A stretch of DNA of 58,038 nt from a virus (Duplodnaviria > Caudoviricetes). Position 1 is the stretch's first letter. Each line of letters begins with the position of its first letter. The notes beneath the pieces are model-generated. The model worked only from the letters and a program-made list of their open reading frames with translations, did not search any database and was not told the DNA's origin. Made by a program: the position numbers and the translations under genes. The stretch covers positions 1 to 58,038 of IMG/VR virus record IMGVR_UViG_3300018428_000023. The stretch is one strand, 5' to 3'. Shown here piece after piece: positions 45,001 through 57,000 of this stretch.

Positions 45001-48000
45001 TTGCGTTTCTTTACCGTCTTTGGCTAGTCTTTCATATTGCTCATTAAACTTATTGTATCTAACACCATTAAATTCAATTTGAGGAATTGTTTGACCGCCA
45101 ACAACTTTACTACGGATTTCAATATTATATTCTCCTAATAGGTTTAAGTATAAGTTTGGTAGTACGGCAGCACCAATTGCACCGGCACCTTCTTTATTAT
45201 TCTTAAATGCTCTTCCTTTACCAAATAGGTTGTCTACATCTATACCTTCTTCTTCAACCAATTGAGCTAGTTCTGGCAATTCTTTTTGAATATCCTCCCA
45301 TACATCAGTTAATGGTGTAAGTACAGCAGGGTCATAAGCAATAGGATTTTCTCCATCTTTTCTTGCAACCGTATTACCTTCATTACCCCACAAAGCAAAC
45401 TTATAATCTAATAATTGATTGTTTAATGCTGCCTCATATGGATAACCAAACTTATCTCTATAAGCAACAAACTCTTCTACTGTTGTTGGCAAGCCTAAAA
45501 CTTTCAATGAAGTAGTAATTCCTTTACCAATAAGTCTTGCTTGTAAATCAGTATATTGCCCTTCTCGTCTTAATCTTCTCTTACCTTTTTCAAGAGCTTT
45601 TGCATATACAGATGATGGAGAGTTTATTTCTTTTCCAACATAGTGTATGTAGTCATCAAACTGTTCTTGATCAGTTCTTGTGGTATCACCATACTCAATG
45701 AACTTACCATTTTTAATATACCACTGTTTCATTTGAGTGTATACCTTATCAATATCAAAGTCAGCTCCTGATATTTCAATAAGTTCTTTTGAGAATATTG
45801 CAGTGGAACCATATGATGATGGTAAGAAGTCAACAACCTTTGTAGCTAATGCAGAGTGTTTATCCTGTGAAGGAATACGTACAGCAAACATTTTAGCAAA
45901 TGCGTCTGGCATAGGCTTACCTGTTTCCTCTATCATCTCCATAATTTGTTCAGAGAATGCAGGCATAATAGATTCCGTGTATCTTACCCCAGTAAAGTTT
46001 CCATCTTGATCATACTCTTTAAGATTGTGTCTTAGTTCATCTCTAACAATAACACCTTTACCATTTGATCTTTCAATTGCATCTGCTAATCCTACAAGAT
46101 TGCCCTCAGAGTCTATGTCAATTTCTATTGGTAATGGATTGCTATTATAAACTTTATCTCTAATGACTTCAAACTTATCTGGAACACCGTTTTCATCTAC
46201 AGAGAAAACACGTCTTATAACCTTCACACCACTATCAGACATAAGAGCTAAAGCATCTCCGGCTACTTTTTCTGACATTGTTTCTTTGGTAAAGTATGAT
46301 AAGAATAGTTGTTCAAACTTATCAATTACCATAGGGTTATTCAAATCATATTGACCACTTGGATCAAAGAACTCAATGACATTACTAGAGGCCTGACTTG
46401 CTTTAAGACCTTCTTGAGCAAATTGTAAAAAGTCTCTTAACTCTATTGTTAAAGACCCCAGCTTTCTACTATCATCTAATGATCTCATTGCAGTTTCTAA
46501 ACTGAAATCAGCAATAAGATTCACCTTATTATGATATTTAAGATTTAGTCTAGCAGCTGTTCCTCTATTATAGAGTTCTCTTAGTTCACCTAAAGTTTTA
46601 GATACATAACCATCTAAAGTTTTAATCATCACCTCTACGGTATCTACCTGTTCTGAAGTAATTAAACTTCTTAGCTGTGTTGGATCTGTAATCTTTTGTT
46701 TATTAGAAGGGTTCACCAATTGCAATCCAATAAATCTAGCATTAAGCATTGTGTGCGGTAATGCTTGAGCATTAGGATTAAACTGACCAAACGCTGCTTC
46801 ATTGCTAACAACATTTGGTTTCATCATTTTACTTGCACTAGCTGGTGCAGCCATTGCTATTGTTTGATCTCCATCAGCTTCAATCTTTTCAAGCTTCAGC
46901 CTTAAGTTATGTAGCTCTTCATATTGAGCTTTGGCTGTTCCATCTTTTCTTGTCGTAAGTTCTGGAGTTAAAACAACTGCAGACATTTTAAGGAATGTTT
47001 GACCATCACCATAAACAAGTTTTAGTGAGTTAAATACACTTCCTTGTTTGATATGACCACCAGCAGCATAATATTCTTTTGGTGTTACCGTTTCACCTCT
47101 TTCTAATTTATTTAATAGTTCTGCTTTATCTTGTGTAAGCTCTGCAAAACCAAATAGCATATGACGCAATGCTTTGGTAGTAATATAAACCTGAGCATCT
47201 GTTCTCTCACCTTGACCACCAGAATACTTTTTATTAAATAAAGTATCACTAAATGTGACAAGAGATATATTTTCAGTTGCGTGATAAACACCACGACTTT
47301 CATCAATAACAGGTGTGTAAGCACTCTTATATGATGCATTTTGCATCTTAGCTCTTTTAACCTTATCAACAGAATCCTTTAAAGATACAGCTTGATCACC
47401 CAGTAGTAATTGATTAATTGCTTTTGTGTTTAACCAATCATTAAAGAAGATCTGCATTAAGTTATAATCTTCATTATCTCTAACAAGATTTAACTGTTCC
47501 ATTGCAGCATCACCTTGTGCTACACCATTGTCATCAGTAATACCATTTAATATATCTGAAGAAATTAAATCTTTAACACGTAAGTTATCCAGTTCTTGAG
47601 CAAATCTTTCATACTCTGACATCAATCTAGTTTTAAGCAAGTCTTTAAAATCACTTACCGTTACAGATGATTCATTAAGCATTCCAATTGCTTCTTCTAA
47701 TGAAATGTCAGGATTATTTATTGCTATTTGTTCTAACTCTTCTTTAAAATCAAACTCTTGTTGAGTAGCTATTTCTTCTTGGAATTGATCATAAGGAACA
47801 AGTTCATAACCAAATCTGGTCTTTTTCCCTTCCAAGAAATCCTTCATTACTTTAGTCTCAACATATAGTGTAGTGTCACCAACATTTACAGCAAAGTTAA
47901 ATTGTTTGGATTTTTCTAGTTGAACCGCATCCCCCATTGATTTAACAATGTTAGATATATTGGTGCTATCAACTTTTGTTTGACCCAACGCTCTTAAAAC

Positions 48001-51000
48001 AAAAACACCCTCTTGTTTTCCAGATCTAACTGTAACATTTGCTCTTGTGTTTTTTAGCGTTAAACCTATTGTCTTAGCCTGAGCATCACTAACATATACA
48101 GTTTTTTGCGTTCCTTCTAATACTCTATTTCCAATTTCTGAAGTAAACTTGGGATCTTTAGCATCAACTCTGGTTTCTTCTTCTTTTGTTGTTTTGAGTA
48201 AACTTGCTGTATCATTAAACTGATAAGCCCTACCTTCATTATCAGTGAGGACACCATTCTTAGCATTGTATCCTTCTATTGGTACTTTATCTTCATCAGC
48301 TTTGCTTGATTCTCTTTGAATTCTTTCAAACTCTCTTCTAAGTTCTTCAAAGAATAAATTAACAGTAGGTTCTGTAATTGTAACTTGACCACTTGCATCA
48401 AATTCAACAGTCTTAATAATAGGTAAACTAAGTAAATCACCAGTATTAGATGCTTCAATAACTCTAATAAGAACAGGAGCCAATGCAGTTTCTACAACCT
48501 CGTTGTCTTCATTTGTAAATACAACAGTTTTATTCTGTTGTTTAAATGCCTGGTAATTAGCTAAATAGGAATTCACTAAAGTTGCAGTAAACTCTGCACC
48601 AGTTAGACTACCATATGTTTTACCATCTTTATCTAGAGCTACTCCACCATTTTCATCTAATGCGTTTTCATCAGTAGATCCCAATGCGCTTTCTTTTGTA
48701 CCAGCAATTCTAAGAACACTTAACCTTTCTTCTTCTGACAACTGCATAAAAGCAGGACTGTTCAAAAGAATATTGGTTAGATTATATCCTTCCTGACGTT
48801 GTCTTAAATCTTTAAGGAAGCTTGCATCATTTAATTCTTGTACCATTTTTAGATGATACGTTGGCATTTGGTGAGCATAAACAAAATTACCCTCTGCATT
48901 TAAGAATACACTTTGTCCAATTGTCTCATCAAACAAGGCATTATTCTTTGCAAGCAACTGCAATCTAGATTTAATACCGCCTTTTCTTGTAAACAAGTAA
49001 GCTGATTTTCTTCTTGATGTTTTATTTAGCTGTAGTTGTTTTGTAAACTCTACGATTGTATCTTTACTAATACCCTCAGCTTGTTTGTTACTTTCAACTA
49101 AAGATTGTTGATACGGAGTTCTGTTTTGAATGTTCTTAGCAATAGTAAATTCAATGTAAGCGGGAGATAGTTTTATACCTACAGTCTCATATATATCATT
49201 AGATATCTGAGTAGCAACAGATGAAAGCTCAGAGTCTTCCATTTCTTCCATAGTTTCCAAGTAAGGTAATAAGCTTTCAAGAGCATCTACTGCATTGAGC
49301 ATGTCAACTTCACTTTCCTTGATAGCTTTAAATCTTTCATTATGTGACTGTTTCCATACATCAATCTGATTAGCTGCATCGTCTCTATTAGCTGCATTGT
49401 ACAACAATAGTTTTCTACCTTGAACGCCTCTTTTTGTATTAACGTGAGCAAATAAATAATCTACTCTAAAGTTTTCAAGGCCTTTATACAACTCATTGAA
49501 GAATACACGGTTTGTGATGCTATCAAGTATTTCTTCTCTTGTTCCAGTTAATACAATCTCTTCTGATGTACCCAATGTTCTAAAGATCTTATCTACAACA
49601 GCTGCTGTTTGTCTGTTACCTTTAGAAAATGAAAGCATTGCTCTAAGAATACTAATCTCATCTGTTAGATTTTTTACAGACTTAAGAAGACCATTATAAG
49701 CACTCTGATAATCTACAGGAATAAATATTGCACCCTTACCGTCTAGTAATTCTGCATTACCAAACTCATCAGTTGCTTCTATCTTTGTTGTACCTATAAA
49801 TGCTCTAAATGCAACAGGCAAGCTAGAGAAACCACCAATCATTGATTGATCAGTATTCCAATCACCAACACCTCTTAAACCTTGATCATATTCTATTTCC
49901 TCATTTGCGTACTCCTCATCTTTTATTTGTCTATCAAATAAAGAAATATATTGAGCAACTGCATCGTATGTATTTTTCTCATACTCTGCTTTCTTAATTG
50001 TCTTTTCTACGGTTTCTTCACCAATCACACCACCCAATGCAGTGTAAATCTTGATCATCTTTTCAATTTGATCTCCAGACTTATTGCTATTGTGATCTGC
50101 CATAGGATCATAGAGTTCTCTAAAATCCTCAATAACTCTCATAACAAGTTCTTGTCTAGTTTCTTGATCTTCTATTTTACCACCCTGTAGTCTTGTTAAG
50201 TATGTACCGGTCATGGTTCTGATTAAAGTATCAGCTGTATCAGGATCAAGATATTTTTTAGCAACACCTCTCTCTAATTCTATTTCATCATAAGCAAGAA
50301 CCTTAAAAGCTTCTAATGTAACACCAGGTTTGAGACCTTGTGTAAACATATTATTCTGTACACCAGCTGATTTATATTTACCAGCATCAATGTTTCTGAA
50401 TAGCTTTTGCAATTCACTAACGCTATATGTACCAAACACATTCTTAATCCACTCAATAAGCCTATTAAAGAATGACTTAATTACAGAACTGGTTTCTGTT
50501 GATCTAGGATTAGTTTTAAACTTCTCAAACTCATCAGCCAAATATTCTTCATAGTACTCTCTCTTGAGTTGCTTTTCAGACATATTCTGATATTTCTCAG
50601 CAGAGTTTTTGAACTTCTGTAGTTCTTCTGCAAGAGTTTTACCTTCTGCTTTAAGCTTAGCTCTTACTTCATTAGCTGCTATAGCCAAGTATTTAGTTTG
50701 CTCTTCTTCACTAAGTAATAATCTAAACACTGCATGGAAGGCTTCATGGTATCTAAAACCTTTTGAACCTACATATACAGTACCACCTATTTCTAGTTGA
50801 CCAGCAAGATTTCTAAGATGCATAGCAAACAAACCAACAGGTATACCATTAGTTTTTAGTCTTTCTGCTACTTCACTAATATCTCTAATCTGTACAAACT
50901 CAGGTAGATTTTCTGCAGCCCAAGTAATAAATGTATCAATATCTTCAACATCTTCAACTGAAAAGTCTTCATCTACAATCTTAGGAGCAAAGCTACTTAA

Positions 51001-54000
51001 GATTCTTTCTCTTTTCTTAAACTCGTCATTAAGTTCATTGTAAGCTTGATCTACACCTCCAACTAAAATGTTGGTTAAATCTTTATTTGTTAGTTCACCA
51101 GCATCAACTTTTGCTTTTAAATCAGCAACGTAAGCCTCTCTAGCAGCTTTTGCTTTATCATATTCATTCTTAGCTTCAACATAATCATCATCCGCTTTAG
51201 TCTGACTTTTTAATTGAGATGCTTTAAACTCAATCATGTTGGTAAGTACATTATACACTATACCTTCTCTTTCAGAAAGAGCTTCACCAACGGCATAGTT
51301 AGCGGCAATAGCATCTAAGAATTCAGAATCAATACCCTCAAAGTTATTTGCTCTAAGTTCTTCAAACTCTTCTTCACTCAGTTCATCAACAGTGGCTGTA
51401 GACAATTGATTATTTAAGTTGTCTAATGTTTCTTGAGCATTTGAGTTATCTGCAACATCATCATCAGCTACACTATCTAGAGCTCTTTGAGCACCAATAT
51501 ATTCTTCTACAGAAGCTTCATCTACAGAGTAATCTAAGTATACATCATAAAATGCTTCAGGATTAATATTAGTGGTTGTAAGGTATCTAATTGCCTGTGC
51601 TGAAATCTCGGTAGGTATATTCTTTCTAAATGAATCAGAGGTTGCTTTTAACTTCAGACTTTTTACAGTTGCATCTGCATTCATTGCAGCATTCAAAGCA
51701 CTCATTAATTTATCAAAAGAATCAACTTCTGTTGCAGATGGGTCTACAAATGCGGAGAATAGCTTTTTATCATTTACTGTATCAATAAGTACTAGCTCTA
51801 AGGCACCACGAGCACTTACCTTTAGCTGAGCATCATAACCAGATTTCAATGAAATATAAAACTTATCATTGAACTCATCATTAAAGGTGTCGTTGTATCC
51901 CTTAGACTTAACTACTTTTTTACCTTCTACAGTATCAACGTTTTCTTCAGCTGTTTTAGCAGCCCGGTCAAGCATCTCTTGTAAAAGTCCATCCTTGCTT
52001 TCCTGATCAAGAGCTGTTGATTTTAATGGAGCAAATACAATGTTGCCGTTAGGTGTTTTAATTACAGCATGATATCTATCAGTTGTTCTATCACTCTTAA
52101 GGTAATCTAGTAATGATGTACCATTCTGTAATTTTTTATTATTGAGTTCAGCTAAAACTTTATTTCTTAATTCCTTATGTTCTTTAGAACCTTTAGGATA
52201 GTTTGTTTTAACATCTATAATTCTATTTCTCTTCTTAGTCTGAGGATCTAATCTATAACTATAGTCAATTACAACAAATTCTCCATCATAAGTATTGTAT
52301 GGTAAAGATTCTACTGCGGTTTGAGTATCACTATAAAGATTACTGTATCCTTGTCTGACACTCAGCATTTCTACAAAATCAGATAAGAACATGTTTTCAT
52401 AGTCATCTGTTCTATCTAAAATTCTTTTTCTTATTATTTGCTGAGTTGCTAAAGCTCTAATGGCTGCAACAGGATCTGAGAAATATTTTTTTGCTTGTTC
52501 TTTTGAAAGAGTAAATGGATTTACTTCTGAACCATCTTCTGCAAAGAATTTTAAATTACCTGAAGGTAACTGAATATCTACAGAGGTGATAGAACCAGAA
52601 TGTCCATTTTCTTTTAATATATTATTTACTTTATTTCTAACTTCAGGATCAGCTATAACAAGTCTAAAGCTGTGAGATTCTTTAGTATACTTAATTAATG
52701 GATTTACCTTACCCTTGGAATCTTTAAAGTCAAATAAATCAGAAGATTCTTCATTAACATCAGCAAATACTCTAATTTCTTGTAGATCTTCTGCAGAAAG
52801 ATTTTGAAGTAATATGGATAATATTGTCTCACCTTCTTCTCTATCAAGAGTATCTGACATTGGATATACACCTAAGATATTAGGAATACCAACTCTTGGC
52901 ATATCTTTAGTAACAAGAGTTTCTGCAAAGGATTCTTCCAACACAGAGAACTTAGACTTAAACTCATCAGCGGTTACTCTAATAGCTGCCTTTTCTCTTT
53001 GTTTAGTTGTTTTGTATTTCTCTATATCTTCCTCTGGTACTATAAATAGAGTACCGTTAGATTCTACTTTAGCAGGTGTACCTAAAGAAACATATCTCTT
53101 ACCTTTCTTATCTACTACAATATCACCATAGTGAAGGGTTTGTCCCGCAAATTCAAAAGGATCTGTTTCTGGTACTGTGCTTAGCAGTGATCTCCAAACT
53201 TTTTTAGCATCTGAAATCTTAGAGTATGATGCTCTAATTTTGCTTTTGTCTATACCAGCTGCTTCATAAAGTTCATCAGAAATCTCTGCACCGTTAGAAA
53301 GCTCAACAATATATTGATCTACAAGCTTGCCCTCTACCTTAGCTTTAGTTTTTCTAATTCTAACTCCAGCACGCTCTTCAACAATCTTATCTTTGCTATT
53401 TGCAGGAGTAGATTGTTTTTGATCAGAAAGAACTTCAAATGATAAACCAACGCTTTCACCAGCATCTATAACTAGTTCACGCACTTGGTCATTATCTTTA
53501 TTAGCCTGGATCCATTCTTTGAATCCTCTCTCTTCTTTAATTACATCAGCTATATCTGGTTTACTCTGATCTAAAGAAGCAACCCATAATGCTTTTAAAT
53601 CTGTAAGAATAGAAGCAATCTTCTGTCCTTCTTTAGACGCACTATATTGTTCAAGAGATAGTCTTTGCTTACCGGTTGCTGTTCTTGCAGCGTTTACACC
53701 TTTATGTATTCTTCTAAGTATACCTTTTGCAAAAGCATTTACAGACTCGTCATTGTTAATGACCTTTGCCGCTTTATCAGAGTCAGGTGCATCTTCATCA
53801 AGTTCTTCTTCTATATCTTCTGCATCTTGTACTTCTTCTGGTTGAGTTAATTTGATATAGTTATTTTTAATTCTTTCAATTTCTATAACTTTATCTGCGT
53901 CAACTGTTTTTTGAACAAGACCGTTTTCTGTGTAAAAAGTTTGAAGAAACTCTGGATTACCCGTTTCTAAAAATAGTTCTGCTTCAGCCGGATCAGGTAC

Positions 54001-57000
54001 AATACCTAATTCATCCAAGTCTTTTAAAACTTGTGCTGCTTCTTCTTTGTTTATTGCAGCATCAATTCTTTCTCTTACCGCTTTTCTATCTTGCTCATAT
54101 TGCTGCTTAAAGAATGCAGCACCTCTTTCTACAATTGATTCAAAGTTGCCAGGGTTAGCCATAAACTCAACAGCTTTATCATAAGCTCTTGTTCTATATT
54201 GCAGTTCACCATAGTCAACCATCTTCTTTAAGACTTCTTTTACTTTAGCTTTATTTGCATAAGCTCCATTTTCTTCTGCTAAGAATTCAATGTAAGCAAC
54301 AAATGCTTTTTCTAAAGTTGATGTTTCAGTTGCCTTAAGAACCTTTTCTCCATTAACTTCTTCAAGCTCACTTGCAATAGTTGTAAGACTACCAATCTTT
54401 CTTTTATCAAATCTAGTTGCACCGTCTTTGCCTTTAGTTGATATTTGATTCTTGGGATCTGTTAATACTTTACGGTAGTTATTAAGAAGTTTAAGTTTCT
54501 TTTCTTTTTTAGCTAACAACTCTGCATCAGCTTCAGATTCTTTTAATGCTATAATTTCTGCTTGCAACAGAGAAATCTCTCTTGATATAGTATCCGGATC
54601 TAAAAGAGTTGTTAGATCGCTTGCACCTAATTTAGATATATTAATACCACCCTCTGTTCCAGGAACATATACCAAATCACTTGATGATAGTTCATTAGCA
54701 ATTGTTTGCATTCTTTTTAAAGAATCTTCAAATGCTGTTCTGGTAAACATTGCTAGGTATCTTGCATGATTCCAAGCTATCTGTTTGTATAATTCATTAT
54801 TATATTCTCTGGATCCTTTTTTATAAGCACTCGCATCATATGGATTTGGGAACTTATCATTAAGCTCATTATAGTTATCCTCTATCTTATATGACTTATC
54901 CAAGTAATCTTGCAATCTCTTTCTGACCTTCCCACTCTTTGCATCTTTAACTGCATTAGGAAAAGCTTGAGCAAGTTCCTCATCTGACAGATTCATTAAA
55001 TCTTTTAGTTGTTTTCTAAAAGGTTCAATCATATCATTCTGCAGCAAAGATTCTAATTGAGCAAACTCTAAGTAATCTTGGTTATCTTTAAAACCAAGAG
55101 GATCTTGCTCATACGCAGATCTTTGTTGTTCTGCTGCAGCTTGTCTTACCTTAACAAAGTTTAAATTTGCTGTATCAAATAAAGAATTTAGTTCTGCTTG
55201 TTGATCCCATTTTTCATTTGCAGTCTTTACAAGAGTGTTTAAAAGATTTTCTCTATCCTGCTTGTTCTTCTGGAACTCCTCCTTATTAAAGACTCTATTA
55301 TATGTATCTGGTACTGTATTATAGATAAGTTTAGATCCACCGCCTAGGATACCCCCGGTAGCAAACCCAGACATAAAGACTTCAAAACCTTGAGCTGAGT
55401 ATTGACTATCAATAGCTTTATTTAATGCAGCATTAAGTGCAACACGGGTATCTGTTGCTGGATCCTTAAGTAGTTCACTGTAGTAATCTACAACACCAAC
55501 TTGCAAACCTTCTTGATAAAGTTCCTGAACACCTTCTGCAATATTAGCCGCAAAGAATCTTAAAGCACCATGAGCACCTTTCATTACATAATCCCCAAAG
55601 CTATATGCATTTTTTCTTTGTTGTCTACCAGCCTTAGTCCAAATACTTCTCTTTACTTCAAAAGGACTTCTTGATATCTTACCATCAACACCAACAGTTT
55701 TCTTAGTTTTAATTATTTTCCTACCAAGTTTACCAGTACTAGCATCAAGAGCTCTTGCCAATCCTCTACTAAAAGGACTAACAACAGCACCTAAACTAAT
55801 TCTGTTAGTTGCATAGATAACAGGGGCATTTGCCCAAGTTGTTGTTGAACTAGCTTTAACTGCTTCTTTTTGAATTGCTGCAAGTTGAGCATCTGTTAAA
55901 TTTACTTGACCTGTTTTATCTCTTTCAATTTGAATACCGTTGGCAATCATGTTATTGTAGACAAAACCTGCTTCAAGACGGCTTTCATCAAGAGCCAAGT
56001 CAATCATTCTAATATCTCTATAGAAACCACCAAAAGCTGCATAGCCTTTACCAAGTTTATGTATTGCAGTACCTACATCTTTTGTTTTATCAAAGCTTCT
56101 TAGAGCTTGCATTGTTTCAGGTAAGAATATTCTTCCTGCTAGATTTTCTCCTGATTTAATTCCTGTCCAAAAATCACGGGCTTTATCAGCATTTTTTAAA
56201 GCACCAACAATAGATCTCCCACCTTTAAAAACTCTACCAACAGCAAAGGCATCTCCCATTCTTGCAAACATTTTTGAAAGTTTTGCCACATTATAAGCAG
56301 TTCTTGCAGTTGCGGCTGCTCCTGTTGCTGCAGCCGCTGCACCAGATGCACCACCTGTGAAAGGTGTTGCAGCAGCTAGTGCTGCCGTTGCTCCCCACAT
56401 TGCAATTTCTTCTGCTGCAATGCTTGACATAATACCTATACTATATGCGGAGTTCAATGCAAATCTGTTAAATGCTGCACCAAAACCTTCACGAGAATCA
56501 TTACCAATTCTCATAGCTTCTGACATTCTTACAGCAGACTCTGTGTCAGCACTTGCATCAAATAAATCAAATACACCTTGATTGTTATTATCAAACATTG
56601 CATCTGTTAAGCCAAAAAAACTAAAGGCAGGAGAAAAGTTTGCTCCAAATTGACTCATTGCTCTACTAAAGTTATCATACCATGTAGAGTTCTCATTGTA
56701 ATAAGTCTCGTTGTCTCTATATGGATTGAAGCCTAAGTCTGCAAATTTTGGATGAGCATAATATCTATCAAAGTTTGTATCTCTAATACTAAATGCTTGC
56801 CTTGGTTTAATTTCTCTTTGGCTAGGTTCATTAAATGTTTGTTTTACATCAAACCACGTATTAGCAACAGGTGCTTGTTTTTGTTGAGGAACTACTTGCG
56901 CAGATCCTGGAATACCATTCATGTAAGGGCTTATGGTAGTAACCATATCAAGATACTCATCATCTACAGTTTGTAGATAATCAGGATCATACCCCAAATC